A stretch of DNA of 61,838 nucleotides, filler included, from 7 parts of 7 records of this genome joined end to end with filler, not necessarily neighbours in it, one strand, 5' to 3'; positions 40,987 to 53,711 are shown, counted from the whole stretch's first letter. The notes: a model not told the origin generated them from the sequence alone. Numbers and translations: made by a program.

Positions 40987-43900
40987 CTATCGCCTTTTCT
41001 GAAATTCAGAAGGAGAAAGTCCGTACAATTTTTTAAAGGAAGTAGAAAAATAAGATGGTGATTCAATTCCAATTTCATACATCACATCAATAACGTTGAA
41101 GTTTTTGTTTGATTTTAATAAATCGGCAGCTTTTTGCAAGCGAAAATTTCGAAGATAAGCATTGGGAATCTGCCCTGTTAATTGTTTTAACCTTCGGTAA
41201 AGATTTGCAGAACTCATCCCGACTGATTTTGCCAACTCTTCAACTCCAAAGGTCGAATCCGACATATTCGATTCTATTGAGTTTATAATCGTCATAAGGA
41301 AAGAACGGTCTTTTTCCGACATACTCAGGTCTCCTTCAGGAACAACACTGCTCTTCGAAAAATATTCAACTAATCGTTGCTTATTCTCAATGAGCTTCTT
41401 TACTCGAATATCCAGGTGTTTTATCGAAAATGGTTTTTTTATGTAGTCATCGGCACCCAATTCCAAACCTTCTATCATCTTGGCATCATCATCCAATGCC
41501 GTAAGTAAAATAACAGGAATATGACAGGTTTCAATATTCGACTTTAGTCTTTCACAAACTTGATAACCATTAAGCTTCGGCATCATTACATCGGAAATCA
41601 CCAGTTGAGGCTGGCACTCGGTTAATTTCTTCAATCCATCTTCTCCATCAACTGCCAGCGTAATTTTAAACTTATTCTGAAAAGCTTCCAGCAAAAATGA
41701 ACGAATATCTTGTTCATCATCAATTATTAATAACGAAGGAAGTTTGGAGTCATTGGAACGTTCCTGAATTTCGTCCAATTCCGAAGGCATCCAATCGGTA
41801 ACAATTTTTCTGTATTTGTTTAAATTTTCTCCGGCTTCGGCTTTTACTTCCGCATCAAAAGGAAGTTCAATCTTAAAAACAGTTTTATCGCCAGGAATAC
41901 TTTCTACCGAAATATTTCCTTTCATGAGTTCAATCAGCGACTTACACAGTGCCAAACCTATTCCTGTCCCACTCCAGTTTCCACGGTCGTCGACAACACG
42001 ATAGAAACGGTCAAATATTTTGTCGATTTGTGCTTGCGGAATACCAATACCGGTATCACTCACTTCAAAATACAATATCTCTTTCTCTTTAGTTTCACGA
42101 AAACCTGCTTCAATACTTACCTCACCATCCTGTTCGGTAAATTTCACAGCATTCGAAAACAGGTTCAACAGTATGCGTTCTGTATTATCAATATCGATAA
42201 TCACCTCTCGGTTGGGTACATTTACTTTATAATAAAAGTTAACATTTGTACGTTTTGCATTTTCCTCAAAGGCTTCCAACAAAGGATAAATAAAATTCCC
42301 CAGTGTTATTTTCGTATATTTCAATTCAAGGTGGCCTGTTTCTGCTTTTCGGTAAGAAATAAGTTGATCGATAAGCCTTTGAAGCCGCGATATATTATTC
42401 TGAATTATAGAGAAATACTTCTGATTTTCCTTGCGTTTATTCTGTTCCGTTATTTTCTCAAATGGTCCTATTATTAATGAAAGTGGCGTTTTAAAGTCAT
42501 GCGTAATATTTGTAAAGAAACGCAGTTTTGCCTGGTCCATTTCATGGATGCGCTCCTTATCCAGCTGTTCAAAATTGAGTTTCTGTTTCAATTTCTCTAA
42601 CCTGACCAGATACCTAAAAATACCATAAACAACTAACAACACTAATACTCCCCAAATTGCCAAACTCCACCACCGCAGATACCAGGGAGCCAAAATGCGG
42701 ATAATAAGTTCGCCGGTGTTTTCAGTCTCAATTCCATCGCCATTAGTTCCTTTGTAAAGAAAGCGATACGTTCCGGGATTCAAGTTGGTATAGGTTGCTG
42801 TAGTTTTTCCGCCATCAAATTTAATCCAATTCGCATTAATCCCTTCCAACATATACGACAAGCGATTTTTCTTTGGAGCAGAATTATGTTGTACTATAAT
42901 ATCTAACGAAATATTTCTGTTTTTATAATCTAAAACCAATTTTCTGGTGTCGGTAATTGAGTTATTAAGAATAACTTTATTATTAAACTTTTCCCCGGCA
43001 ATTATTTGCTGGTCGTTAATCTTTAGTCTGGAAATTAATACCTTGGGCAGAATCTCATTTTTTGTTATTTCTTCAGGATTGAAAATAGTTAAACCGTTTA
43101 ATCCACCCAGCAGCATTAATCCTGCTTTTGTTTTTAAATAAGATGCCTGGCGAAAATTATTATTCAGAATCCCATCGTTCACATCATAAACATCAAATTT
43201 TTCCGATACCGGATCAAAACGACAAATTCCCATATCTGTACTTATCCAGAATTTTCCTTTATCATCTTCTAAAATCCCATAAACAACCTCATCGGGCAAG
43301 CCGTCTTCTTTGTAGTAATTTTTTATCATCTCGGGCTCTCCAGCCGGATTTAACTGAATTTTTATTAAACCACCTCCAAAAGTTCCCATCCAAATATCTT
43401 TGTTCAGGTTTTTATGAATGCAAAAGATATGGTTATGGCTAAGTCGGAGGCTGTCATTTCCTAAACTAGTATTCAACTGATTTTTCAAAACAAATGTTTT
43501 GTCTTTTTCTACAATTCGATAAAGCCCATTCCGTGTACCAAACCAATAATTTCCGAATCCATCTTTAACAAAATCAGTAATCGAATTATTTTTACCTAAA
43601 TCGAATAAGATACTATCCACCGGTATTGGTTTACTATTTAAAATCCAATCCCATGGATTCTCTAATAAATAAACTTTAGGACCTCCAATTAAAATCTGAT
43701 TTGGACCGATTTGTTCAATAATCCTGTTCCCATCACTTGAAAAATCCCATCATCTGTTTTTAGCTGAACTTCTCTCAGCTCCTCAGTGATTTCATTATAC
43801 AAAAAGAGACCAAATTGTGTTCCTATCCACCAATAACCCTTCGAGTCCTGAAGAAGCTGTAACACAACTTTATTTTTTAAACCCCCTAGTTGTTTTTCAA

Positions 43901-45119
43901 GCCGCTCAAACTTAATGCGGTGTCCTTCAGAGACATCTAATTTATTATTTGTCCGGCAAATTACATTGTCGAAGAAAGAAACCCAGATACGCCCCTTTCT
44001 ATCTTCAATAATATTGTTAATTAAATTGCTTGGTAACGATTGGCTGTCGTATGGGTTATGTGCATAATTTTGAAACGACTTCTGGTATTTGTCGAGTTTA
44101 TTTAATCCTCCCTGTGCCGTGCCAATCCACATTACTCCAAATGCATCCTCGTAAAAACAGTTTATTCGGTTACTGGTTAATCCAAAAATATTTTTAGGAT
44201 CAAATTTGTACGAAATAAATCCCTCGATATTGCTATCGTATTTTAATACCCCATTTCGTTTTGTACCTATCCATAATTTTTTCTCTTCATCGAAAAACAT
44301 GGTTAAAACATCTACAGGATTATTCTGTTCTTCTTTCGACGAATTGAAAAACAACCGTATTGTTGTTAAACGGTTATTCTCAGGAAAGGTCTGATAAATC
44401 CCATTATTTGTACCAATCCATACAGCGTTATCTGTTTTTATTATCTCAGAAATCCCATTCCCACGATAATCCAACGCCAGCTTTTGAATTGCAAACGAAT
44501 AACTGTGCCTTTCGCTAAAAGTCACTTTATAAATCGCTGCACTTGTTGCAAGTAGGATTACAGAATCGGTAAGAAACTCAATATCAACTATACTCTCCCC
44601 TCCTAACTCTTTCTCGAAATTAACTATTACAACTTCTTTTTCCATTTCCGATATTTGAAGTTCAGAGTCGAAAATATGAAGACATGAACCTTGCCCCAGC
44701 CAAACTTTTCTCTGAGCATCTTCCTTTAAAAAGGTCTCATCTTTGATATTATATTTCAGTGGAACAAATTGTTCTTTATCGGTAAGGTATAAGCACAGCC
44801 CTTGGTCCGTGCCAATCCAAAGTTTTCCATCAGAATCATTCAGGAGAGAATTAACGTTGTTACCGGGAATAGATTCTGTATTGTGATGTTGGTGATAAAA
44901 ATATTCAAATGAATAACCATCGTAACGAACCAAACCATTGGGTGTTGCAAACCACAAGTAACCGTTATCATCAGAAGTAATGGCATAAACCGTATTCTGA
45001 AAAAAACCTTGTTCGCTAACAAACTTTTCGATTTTTTGATTGCCGGGAATGATGCTGCTTGCATTGGAATGTGATATTCCAAACAATAAAATGAATATTA
45101 ATAGGTAGAATCTCTTCAT
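40987..45119 (-). CDS. Hybrid two-component system (beta-propeller sensor, Y_Y_Y, TM, HisKA, HATPase, REC, AraC HTH); frameshift ~43710
   Basis: W.GT..GL propeller repeats, YTNL.PGTY.F, THDFKTPL, GTGIGL, SDVMMP, C-terminal AraC HTH. Confidence 0.92.
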
Positions 45120-45462
45120 GAAAAGTAAATCATATTAAATAAGAAATGCATTTTGAAAATCTAAAATTAATGATTTTACTTTTTGTCGTGTAGATTGATT
45201 AAGAATTAATTGAATCGACCAACCATATTCCTGCTTTAATACTTTTTATGGAGGAGTTATGCGATTCTACAGGACAATAAAAATACGAGACATTCATTTA
45301 CTTAGACTTCCATCCCCCACACATTCTATTTATTTCGTTTCCTTTTGCCTGTAGCCTGAATAAAAAAAGCAGGTGTTTACGATTTGCGATTAAGGATGAC
45401 TTTGGGAACAAATAACAGAGAGTAGTTTGGGGCCTTTAAGTCTTCTCTTTCATAAGCAAGCA

Positions 45463-45545
45463 AAAGTCGTTCAAAATAATGCACTACAAGACATAAAGTC
45501 GTTCGAAAAAATGTAATATATCGCAAAAAGTCGTTCGAAAAAATG
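45463..45545 (+). repeat. Three 19-bp direct repeats in exact 32-bp phase
   Basis: AAAGTCGTTCaAAAtAATG (45463), AAAGTCGTTCGAAAAAATG (45495, 45527). Confidence 0.9.
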
Positions 45546-45553
45546 TATTTTTG
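45546..45553 (+). promoter_or_regulatory. Bacteroidota -7 promoter box for the ATPase gene
   Basis: TATTTTTG matches TAnnTTTG, 22 bp before the ATG. Confidence 0.6.
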
Positions 45554-45575
45554 TATTAAATTAACAAGGATAGTA

Positions 45576-46357
45576 ATGGAGAGAACAGCAATCAAATATC
45601 TTAAACACTGGAAAAATTCTGAAATAAGAAAACCTTTGGTAATCAGAGGAGCTCGCCAAGTGGGCAAACCTTATTGATGAAAGAATTTGGTCGAACAGAA
45701 TTTGCTCAAACTGCTTACGTAAACTTTGAAAGTGCCAAGTTTCTTCAGGATCTATTTTTAGAGGATTATAATATAGATCGAATTATCAATGCAATTCAAA
45801 TAGAAACAGGAGTGCAAATTGATGCTGCAAATACCTTAATTATATTAGACGAAATTCAGGAGGCTCAAGGAGGAATAACTTCGTTAAAATACTTTTATGA
45901 AAATACCCCGGAATATCATGTAATGGCAGCAGGTTCTCTTCTGGGAGTATCGCTTCATCAAAAGGTTTCTTTTCCTGTAGGGAAGATTGATTTTCTGGAT
46001 TTGTACCCATTAAACCTTCCTGAGTATTTAATGGCATTAAACCAAAAGCCTCTACTTCAGCTTATTGAGACAAAAGATTGGAGCCTTATTCGTAATTTTA
46101 AAACAAAATTCATCGAGCTTTTAAGGCAATATTACTATACAGGAGGAATGCCGGAAGTTGTTTTGTCTTTCATTCAAAAGAAGGATTATAACGAAGTTCG
46201 ACAGATTCAAAACAATATTTTGTCGGCTTATGAGCAAGATTTTTCTAAACATGCACCTGTTGAAATAGTTCCGCGAATTAGAATGTTATGGAATTCCACT
46301 CTCGCTCAACTGGCAAAAGAAAACAAGAAGTTTATTTATAGTGCTGTTAAAAAAGGA
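45576..46357 (+). CDS. AAA_14 / DUF4143-type ATPase; frameshift in Walker A (~45668), truncated by gap
   Basis: MER....L..WK....RKPL.IRGARQVGK, ILDEIQ, AAGSLLG, SFPVGK, GGMPEVV, AY..DF.KH. Confidence 0.88.
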
Positions 46358-46457
46358 NNNNNNNNNNNNNNNNNNNNNNNNNNNNNNNNNNNNNNNNNNN
46401 NTTAATTAATTAANNNNNNNNNNNNNNNNNNNNNNNNNNNNNNNNNNNNNNNNNNNN
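46358..46457. other. Artificial contig spacer
   Basis: N run with TTAATTAATTAA. Confidence 0.98.
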
Positions 46458-49275
46458 TTTTCTATTAATTTTTCCACTAATTGTTAAAGGCATTTCGCTT
46501 AAATACATAAATTGAGAAGGTATCATATATTCAGGAAGTGATTTACTCAATTTTTTCTCAGTTTTTTCACTTCATATTCTTCTCCTGTATAATAAGCTGC
46601 TAGATACTTATCTCCTTTATCATTCTCTTTGTCAATTACTGTTACTAATTCTATATCTTCTAATTCAGACAACCGACTTTCAATTTCACCTAATTCAATT
46701 CTAAACCCTCTAATTTTAACCTGAAAGTCTATTCTTCCAAGGTAATCAATATTTCCATCATTTCGCCATTTCGCAAGGTCACCAGTTTTATACATCTTTA
46801 AGCCATTATAGAATAGAGTGTCTACGAATTTTTCCTCTGTTAAGTCTGGTCTATTTAAATAACCTTTTGCAAGTTGATCTCCTAATATGCAAAGTTCACC
46901 AGGAAAACCTATGGGTGCAATATGTTCATATTTGTCAACAATTAACAGTTTTGTATTATCTATTGGCTTTCCAATTGGAATATGAACTTCATTAAGCTCT
47001 TTCTTACAATCATAATACGTAACATCAATTGTTGCTTCCGTTGGTCCATATAGGTTATTTAATTCGGTATTAGGTAAACCTAACTCAAAAAATCTTTCTA
47101 CATGTTTTTTTGTTAAAGCCTCTCCACTGGCAAAAACATTCTTTAGTGTTTTAATTTTTTGAATATTGCTTATTAAATCTGGATTTTCAAGAAAAATTGA
47201 TAGCATTGAAGGAACAAAATGAAGCGTAGTAACTTTTTCCCTGTAAATCACTTCTATAATTTCATCAGGATCTTTTTCTCCATTTACTTTTAACAAACAT
47301 AAACTGGCTCCACGTAATCCCCATCGAAATAACTCCCATACTGAAACATCAAAAGTAAAGTTTGTCTTTTGTAAAATAACATCTGTAGACTCAAGAGGAT
47401 ATTTTTTCTCCATCCAATTTAATCTATTTATTAAAGGATAATTTTGAATCATTACACCTTTAGGATTTCCTGTTGAGCCAGATGTATAAATTATATAACA
47501 TAAATCAGTTGATTCATTTATATTCGGCAAATTATCAACATTAAGCGTATAACTCTCTTTTTTGTCCAAATAGATTTTTTTAATATCACTATTGATTTTG
47601 TTATCATAAATAGTTTTTAACAGAGCAAAATCAGCATTACTATTTTCCAAAATATAATTAACTCTATCAACTGGAAATTTTGGATCAATGGGTAAGTAAG
47701 CCCCTCCTGCTTTCAAAATTGCGTAAATTCCTATCATCATTTCTACTGATCGTTCTGTAATTATAGGTACAATTGTATTTCTTCCAATACCAATATTTCT
47801 AAGGTTCCAAGCAAGTTGATTTGCTCGATCATTTAATTCTTGATATGTTAAAAATCCGCCTTCATAAATTATTGCCTTATTACTCGGTGTTTTCTTTACT
47901 TGTTGTTCAAACAACTGAATAATTGTCGCTTTCTTTTGATATTCACAATTCGTATCATTAAAATCTAAAAGAATTTTGACTTTTTCTTCCTTAGAGATAA
48001 TCTCTGTACCTTTAACTGGTATGCATGGATTTTCTATCATATTTTCCATAATTATATGCAATCTCTTAATAAAGTTTAAGATTTGATTTTTATCTAAAAT
48101 TTCTTCAGCAAAATCAATTGCTATTTCCATTTCATTATTAATTAATTTATTTCTCGGGTTAAGCACAATTGACATTTCATAAGATGAATGTTTAGGAAAT
48201 AATTGTTCCACTACCTCAATATTAGTAGAATTTATAGGAGGATTTTCAGAAATCAAAATATTAATAAAATCTGAATTTACATTTGAATTTTCATCTTGTC
48301 TTAATAAGTTAATTAATGAATTATAGGGAAATTTTTCATGTCTCATATTACTCATCATTTCAGTATTAACTGATCTAATTGTATCTTCAACTGTCATTTC
48401 TGGGTCTGTTTCAATTAATAGTGGTACTGTTGAAACAAACATTCCAACAATTGAACGATAATCTTTCTTTGTTCTATTATGAATAGCTCTACCTATCAAA
48501 ATTTTACTTTCATTCTTAACTCTTTCAAAATAAATTCCCATGGCAATTGAAAGTAGTTTGAAATATGTTGTATTATTTTCTTTTGCAAAATTTAATATTT
48601 TATTGTATTGACTTTTAGGAATATCAACATACTGTTTTTTTGTTGTAAAAAACTTATCTTCTTTTTGAATTTCACAAATTGTTGTATTAATATCAATATT
48701 TTTATATTTCTCCACCCAGTAATTTTTATTATTTTCATATCGTTTTGAATCTATATAACTTTTTTCATAATCAATAAAATCAACATAACTATTTGAACAT
48801 GCTAAAGAGCTTGTATCATCATTATAGATTTTTATTATATCCTCAATAACTAGCGCTGCTGCTATACCATCAATAACAGAGTGGTGAAATTTAATATAAA
48901 AACCGCTCTCATTTTCATTGAAATGAACACAGGTAAAATTAACTAATTGATCATTAAATATATCAAATTTCTCCTCATATTTTCCCTTTATGTAGTTCAT
49001 GATTTCAGAAATTTCTAAATACGTGATAATTTCCACTTTATCATATTCATATTCCCTAAAAAATTGATTTAATTTGTGGTCATTATTAATCTGAATTCTC
49101 AATCCATCATTTTTCTTTAAAACTTCGTTCCAAGCATATTCAAGCTTAACTGGATCAACTACACCTTTCATATTAACCACGTAACCAACATTTGCCATTT
49201 CCAACCTAGGATTCATTATATCATTATAAATTATCCTCATTTGTGGGTTTGTTAAATCATAAAACCTTTTTTCAC
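46458..49275 (-). CDS. Non-ribosomal peptide synthetase, first module (starter C + A, Ser-predicted); homopolymer shifts near both ends, truncated by gap
   Basis: AAGGAGG RBS + GTG 49275, 'YDLTNPQMRI', HHSVIDG, YTSGSTGNPKG, FDVSVWE, NLYGPTE, YKTGDL, RIELGEIE; LPEYMIP and SGKINRK continue in the shifted frame. Confidence 0.92.
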
Positions 49276-49393
49276 TATATTCCTCCTTATAAAATTTTTA
49301 AATTACCCGAGTTTTTTAATAAAGAGCTTAAATACATTTCCCCCACAAGGCTCTTCATTACATTACAATTGTTTTTTTACTTCATAAAAAAAT

Positions 49394-49435
49394 CAAAAAA
49401 AAGAGGATTAAAGCAAATACAGTTGCCTTAACCCC
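49394..49435 (-). terminator. Intrinsic terminator in the NRPS upstream/leader region
   Basis: GGGGTTAAGGCAA-ctgtat-TTGCTTTAATCCT followed by C and a T run on the minus strand. Confidence 0.75.
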
Positions 49436-49740
49436 ACAATATTTAAACTAATAGAGTCTACTAGTTATTGTCCCGTTTTATAATAAAACTTTCATAATTA
49501 CATTTAGTTAGTTATTTCAAACTATTATACATGTTACCCCAAACATGTATTTTTCTAAAGAAAGCAGTAAATACAATTTTTATTATTTCCATGGATACCA
49601 CAGAAGTTCAACACTTATTAATTTTTGACAATACAAAATCAAGACACTAAGAAAAAAATTGCCAAAACATTACTATTAAAGTTAAAAAAAATCGAGTCAA
49701 TAGATAAATCTATCTAAGCTCTCCATTTTTCTCAATTACC

Positions 49741-49769
49741 ATTATAATATAAATTACTCATTTTTACAA
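49741..49769 (-). promoter_or_regulatory. Sigma70/A-type promoter facing the NRPS
   Basis: TTGTAA-N17-TATAAT. Confidence 0.6.
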
Positions 49770-49909
49770 GTGGCAATTTTAATTTTTTACACGTATCAAA
49801 CGAAAAGTTGTCAAAAGTTAACCATTTAGTTAAAAGTCATGACGATCAATGACTTTTTCAAAGAAAATTAGTTTCTCATATTTTAAAGTTTCAATGATTC
49901 AAAAAATAT

Positions 49910-49937
49910 AAAAATTCCCCAAATAATTGGGGAATTA
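49910..49937 (-). terminator. Terminator after the binding-protein gene
   Basis: AATTCCCCAA / TTGGGGAATT stem with T-rich tail on the minus strand. Confidence 0.65.
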
Positions 49938-49947
49938 ATTAAGTCTA

Positions 49948-50981
49948 TTATCTTTCTATAAAGTTTCCATCGTAATCAGTATAAATTTTCCATGCAGCCC
50001 CTAACATCTCTACAGGAAATTCAATATTTATATCCTGAGCACGCATTTGATTTAATATAATAAGTGTTTTAGCTGGATCCTCAGGTTCAATGGTTTTGAT
50101 TTGCTCACCATTTAACACCCTATCAGCCATATTTACCATTTGATTCACAGTTGTCATCGAGTCAATTGCAAGTGCACAAAGTTTTCCACCAACAGCTGTA
50201 TTTTCCCAAAATCCAACATTTGCTTTTTTAGAATTCTCTCTTTCCCACTTAAAAACTCTTCAAATGTATATGATGAACCATTACGTTTTCTTGCAATATG
50301 TTCTCCAGAGATTATCCATCCAACTTCAGGATCATTGTTATATTTCTTAACAAATTCTTGATAATCTTCAATATATAAAAATTCCTTATGATCTTTTAAC
50401 GACAAGCCTCTTTCTTCCAACGCTTTTTCTACCTTTTCTATGGTAAATGCTGCCGAAGGATAAGTTGCAAATACTACTTTTTTTCCATTTAGGGGAGCTA
50501 TTTCATTTAATAGAAAGAATGCATTTGCTAAATGTGTTCTAGGCATTGTATAGGTACCAGTTAGATTTGTAGTTGGATACCCATTAGAATCTACAAGTAA
50601 TAAATTACCATTTTCATCTTCTAACTCCAGCCCACCACCAGCTACACATGGTATCCCAGCTTCTTTTAGATTCATAGCTATATCTTTTACTAAAGTCGTA
50701 TTTACTAAAACTACATCTGGGTTAAGCTCTATAATTTCCTGAACAACTTCTGCTTTTCTTGATTCTTTTCCTTCAATTGATAGAGCTATATATTCTGCCT
50801 TATCAGGAGTCCAACCCTTCTGAACAATCAAATTATTCATTAATCCTGAAACAGCTGTAAAAAATGCTCCATCATCATCCTTTACAAATACAACTTTCTT
50901 TTTTTCATGATTGTCTGCAAATACTGTAAAACTAGTTAGAGTAAATATTGATACTATGACCGCTAAAAATAGTTTCTTCAT
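49948..50981 (-). CDS. Secreted ABC substrate-binding-like protein; frameshifted near the 3' end
   Basis: Signal peptide MKKLFLAV...VFA; NPDVV, NLTG; C-terminal 'ADRVLNGE....IE...LN' in the downstream ORF. Confidence 0.6.
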
Positions 50982-51264
50982 AAATATTTCACCTAGCCTT
51001 TTATATTTTTTGTTAATTAATGATACAAATCTATATTTCACCGAATAAAACGCTAGTGTTTTATAGCTGTTTTTACGAGCTAGATTTATTTCACTTACTA
51101 CAATAATATACTTAAAATAGGAAATTTTCAAGTATATTATTGAATTGTCATTTGTGTTTTAATACAATTTATTTCCTTGAAAATATTATTTGATTATTTC
51201 AATCAAAAAAATTAAAATATAGTATTCGAATAGATTTATAAACTACATTTTTTAGGAGGTTAAA

Positions 51265-51663
51265 ATGGCAAAAGGTTACAATAAAAATAAACAAAGAAAT
51301 GACACAATTAATTCATTTGGAAGGGTGTTAGCGAAGAGATCCGGATCAAAATGTGAGCTGTGTGAAACAAAAGGAGTTAAGCTAAATATTTATGAGGTAC
51401 CTCCAGTTGAGGATGAACCAGATTTAGACAGTTGTATCTTTATCTGCGATCATTGCATAGATAGTATAGAGCGACATAAAAAAGTAGATGCAAACAATCT
51501 ATCATTTCTGAATGGGACTATATGGAGCGAAGTTCCAGTTATAAAAGCTATATCGTTATACTTATTACGTGAACTACAAAATGAGATGTGGGCTCAAGAT
51601 ATACTTGACAGTGCCTATATAACTGATGATATAGAGGAAAGAGCTGGTTTAATTAAGATGTAA
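51265..51663 (+). CDS. PhnA-like Zn-binding protein
   Basis: 'RS.SKCELC', 'YEVPP', 'ICDHC', 'L....WSEVP' motifs; AGGAGG RBS. Confidence 0.7.
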   Translation: MAKGYNKNKQRNDTINSFGRVLAKRSGSKCELCETKGVKLNIYEVPPVEDEPDLDSCIFICDHCIDSIERHKKVDANNLSFLNGTIWSEVPVIKAISLYLLRELQNEMWAQDILDSAYITDDIEERAGLIKM

Positions 51664-51686
51664 GAGGTTAGTAAAAAATTGGAAAC

Positions 51687-52454
51687 TTAAAAAACCCCTT
51701 TATCCAAAGGGGTTTGAGAATTTACTTTAGTTTTTATCGAATAAAGCTTCAACACCATTATTATACTCGCTATCTCAAGTACAGGTATAACAAGTAAGTA
51801 CATTATATTCATTATTTCTAAAAATATTATACTCTTTATATATTTGCCTACACCAAATGAGATAAATAGAATCAGAAATGCTGGTAAATTTATCAAAAAC
51901 ACCTCTGGAATATAACCCTTTATCAGGTAATAACTTTTAGCTAACAAGCTCTTTTTCTGCCCAAATATCACAGCTATTTCAGGTGCAAATCCATATACAG
52001 TTTGCAGAACCACTGCTGATATCCCACCAAGAACTACCATTACTATTTTAAATAGCAGATTATCCATTCCTGACATTCCTGCCCATGCAAAAGCTGGGAT
52101 AAACATAAACAACCCTAATATCAAATATACTCTAAAATATGGCCAAAAATTCACTTTCGTTTCCTGGAATGCACTTTTTAGTGTTACATCATGCTCCGCT
52201 ATCGTTTCTCTAATAGCAATAATTAAGGCCATAAAAACTCTCAGATTAACAAATGATATAGCTAAAGCAAATAATTCAAATCGCAACTTTGAAATTTCAT
52301 CTATATTTCCTGTTAAATGTCTTGCCCAGTTAGGAACTAATGCAAGTAACATATAAATTATAAATATGCTGAAATATAGTTTAAAATGATGTTTAAAATA
52401 ACTAAATGCTGTTTTATATATCTCTATTACATCTATCTCTTTTCTTTTTCCCAT
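51687..52454 (-). CDS. Hypothetical multi-pass membrane protein
   Basis: About six hydrophobic helices. Confidence 0.65.
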   Translation of the reverse strand: MGKRKEIDVIEIYKTAFSYFKHHFKLYFSIFIIYMLLALVPNWARHLTGNIDEISKLRFELFALAISFVNLRVFMALIIAIRETIAEHDVTLKSAFQETKVNFWPYFRVYLILGLFMFIPAFAWAGMSGMDNLLFKIVMVVLGGISAVVLQTVYGFAPEIAVIFGQKKSLLAKSYYLIKGYIPEVFLINLPAFLILFISFGVGKYIKSIIFLEIMNIMYLLVIPVLEIASIIMVLKLYSIKTKVNSQTPLDKGVF

Positions 52455-52694
52455 TTTCACTATCCTTTTCTTTTTTTTACTCTCAAAAACTATAAATATA
52501 ATATCATAGTTTCATTACTTTTTTCTAGTTTTTTCTTATTTTCCTTTAAAATCTCACTTGCTATTTAGAAAATAAGAATTATAATATAATAGACTTATTT
52601 ACTAAATAATAAAAGGGGTTATCACAAAGACAAATTCATTATAAATTACACTTTCTGATTTTAACAATTTAACAGAAAATATAAGGAGGCACAA

Positions 52695-53711
52695 ATGTAT
52701 AGTTTTCAAAACGATTACTCAGAGGGAGCCCACCTAAGTATAATGGAAGCTCTAATCAAAAATAACAGCAGTCAGGAACAAGGCTATGGATTAGATAAAT
52801 ATAGTAAAAGTGCCATAGAAAATATAAAGAAACATGTTGAAATTCCATGTGATGTCCATTTGATATCTGGTGGTACACAAACCAACCTAATTGCTATCAA
52901 ATCATTTCTTAGGCCTCATGAAGCAGTTGTTGCTGCAACAACAGGGCACATTGCAACCCATGAAACTGGGGCAATTGAAGCAACTGGTCACAAGATCATC
53001 ACTGTAAATACAAAAGATGGCAAATTAACTCCTGAGCATATTAAACCTGTACTTGAGGAGCACCATTTTGAACATATGGTAAAACCAAAGTTAGTTTATA
53101 TTTCAAATACTACAGAATTAGGAACAGTTTATAATAAGGAAGAGCTAGAGAAACTGTATGCATACTGCCAATCTCACGGTCTTTATCTATACGCTGACGG
53201 TGCTAGACTGGGTTCTGCGTTAATGTGTAGCGATGTTACTCTCAAAGATATGTGCAAGCTAACTGATGCATTCTTCATTGGTGGTACAAAGAACGGTGCT
53301 CTATTAGGGGAGGCCTTGGTTCTTAGAAATTGTAGTTTAAGAGAAGATTATCGATATCTGATAAAGCAAAAGGGAGCACTCCTTGCAAAGGGAAGGATTC
53401 TGGGAATTCAATTTAACGAACTGTTTCAGAATAATTTATACTTTGAGCTTGCGGAACATGCAAATAATATGGCTGAGCTATTATCTACTGAACTAAAAAC
53501 ACTAGGTTGTGATTTTTTAGTCAACTCACCTAGTAATCAGATATTTCCAATAATGGGAAATGCTGTAATTGATAAGCTTCTTGACAGTTTTCAGTTTTAC
53601 AAATGGCAAGCAATTGATGAAAACAATTCAGCAATTAGGTTAATAACATCTTGGGCAACTCCTGAAGATTCTGTGTGGGAGTTTATCGAAAAATATAAAA
53701 AACTTATATAA
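52695..53711 (+). CDS. ltaE: Low-specificity L-threonine aldolase (PLP)
   Basis: F.NDYSEG, GYG.D, GGTQTN, HETGAIE, DGARL, GGTKNG, KGR. Confidence 0.88.
   Translation: MYSFQNDYSEGAHLSIMEALIKNNSSQEQGYGLDKYSKSAIENIKKHVEIPCDVHLISGGTQTNLIAIKSFLRPHEAVVAATTGHIATHETGAIEATGHKIITVNTKDGKLTPEHIKPVLEEHHFEHMVKPKLVYISNTTELGTVYNKEELEKLYAYCQSHGLYLYADGARLGSALMCSDVTLKDMCKLTDAFFIGGTKNGALLGEALVLRNCSLREDYRYLIKQKGALLAKGRILGIQFNELFQNNLYFELAEHANNMAELLSTELKTLGCDFLVNSPSNQIFPIMGNAVIDKLLDSFQFYKWQAIDENNSAIRLITSWATPEDSVWEFIEKYKKLI

Noticed and set aside
45463-45545. Mini CRISPR array
   Set aside because: Repeats of 19 bp and spacers of 13 bp are too short, there are only three units, and no cas genes are present; kept as a phased repeat array
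22410-49275. acpS serving as the PPTase of the NRPS, or cobO supporting the MtaA-like enzyme
   Set aside because: The genes are on different contigs, so adjacency in this window carries no information
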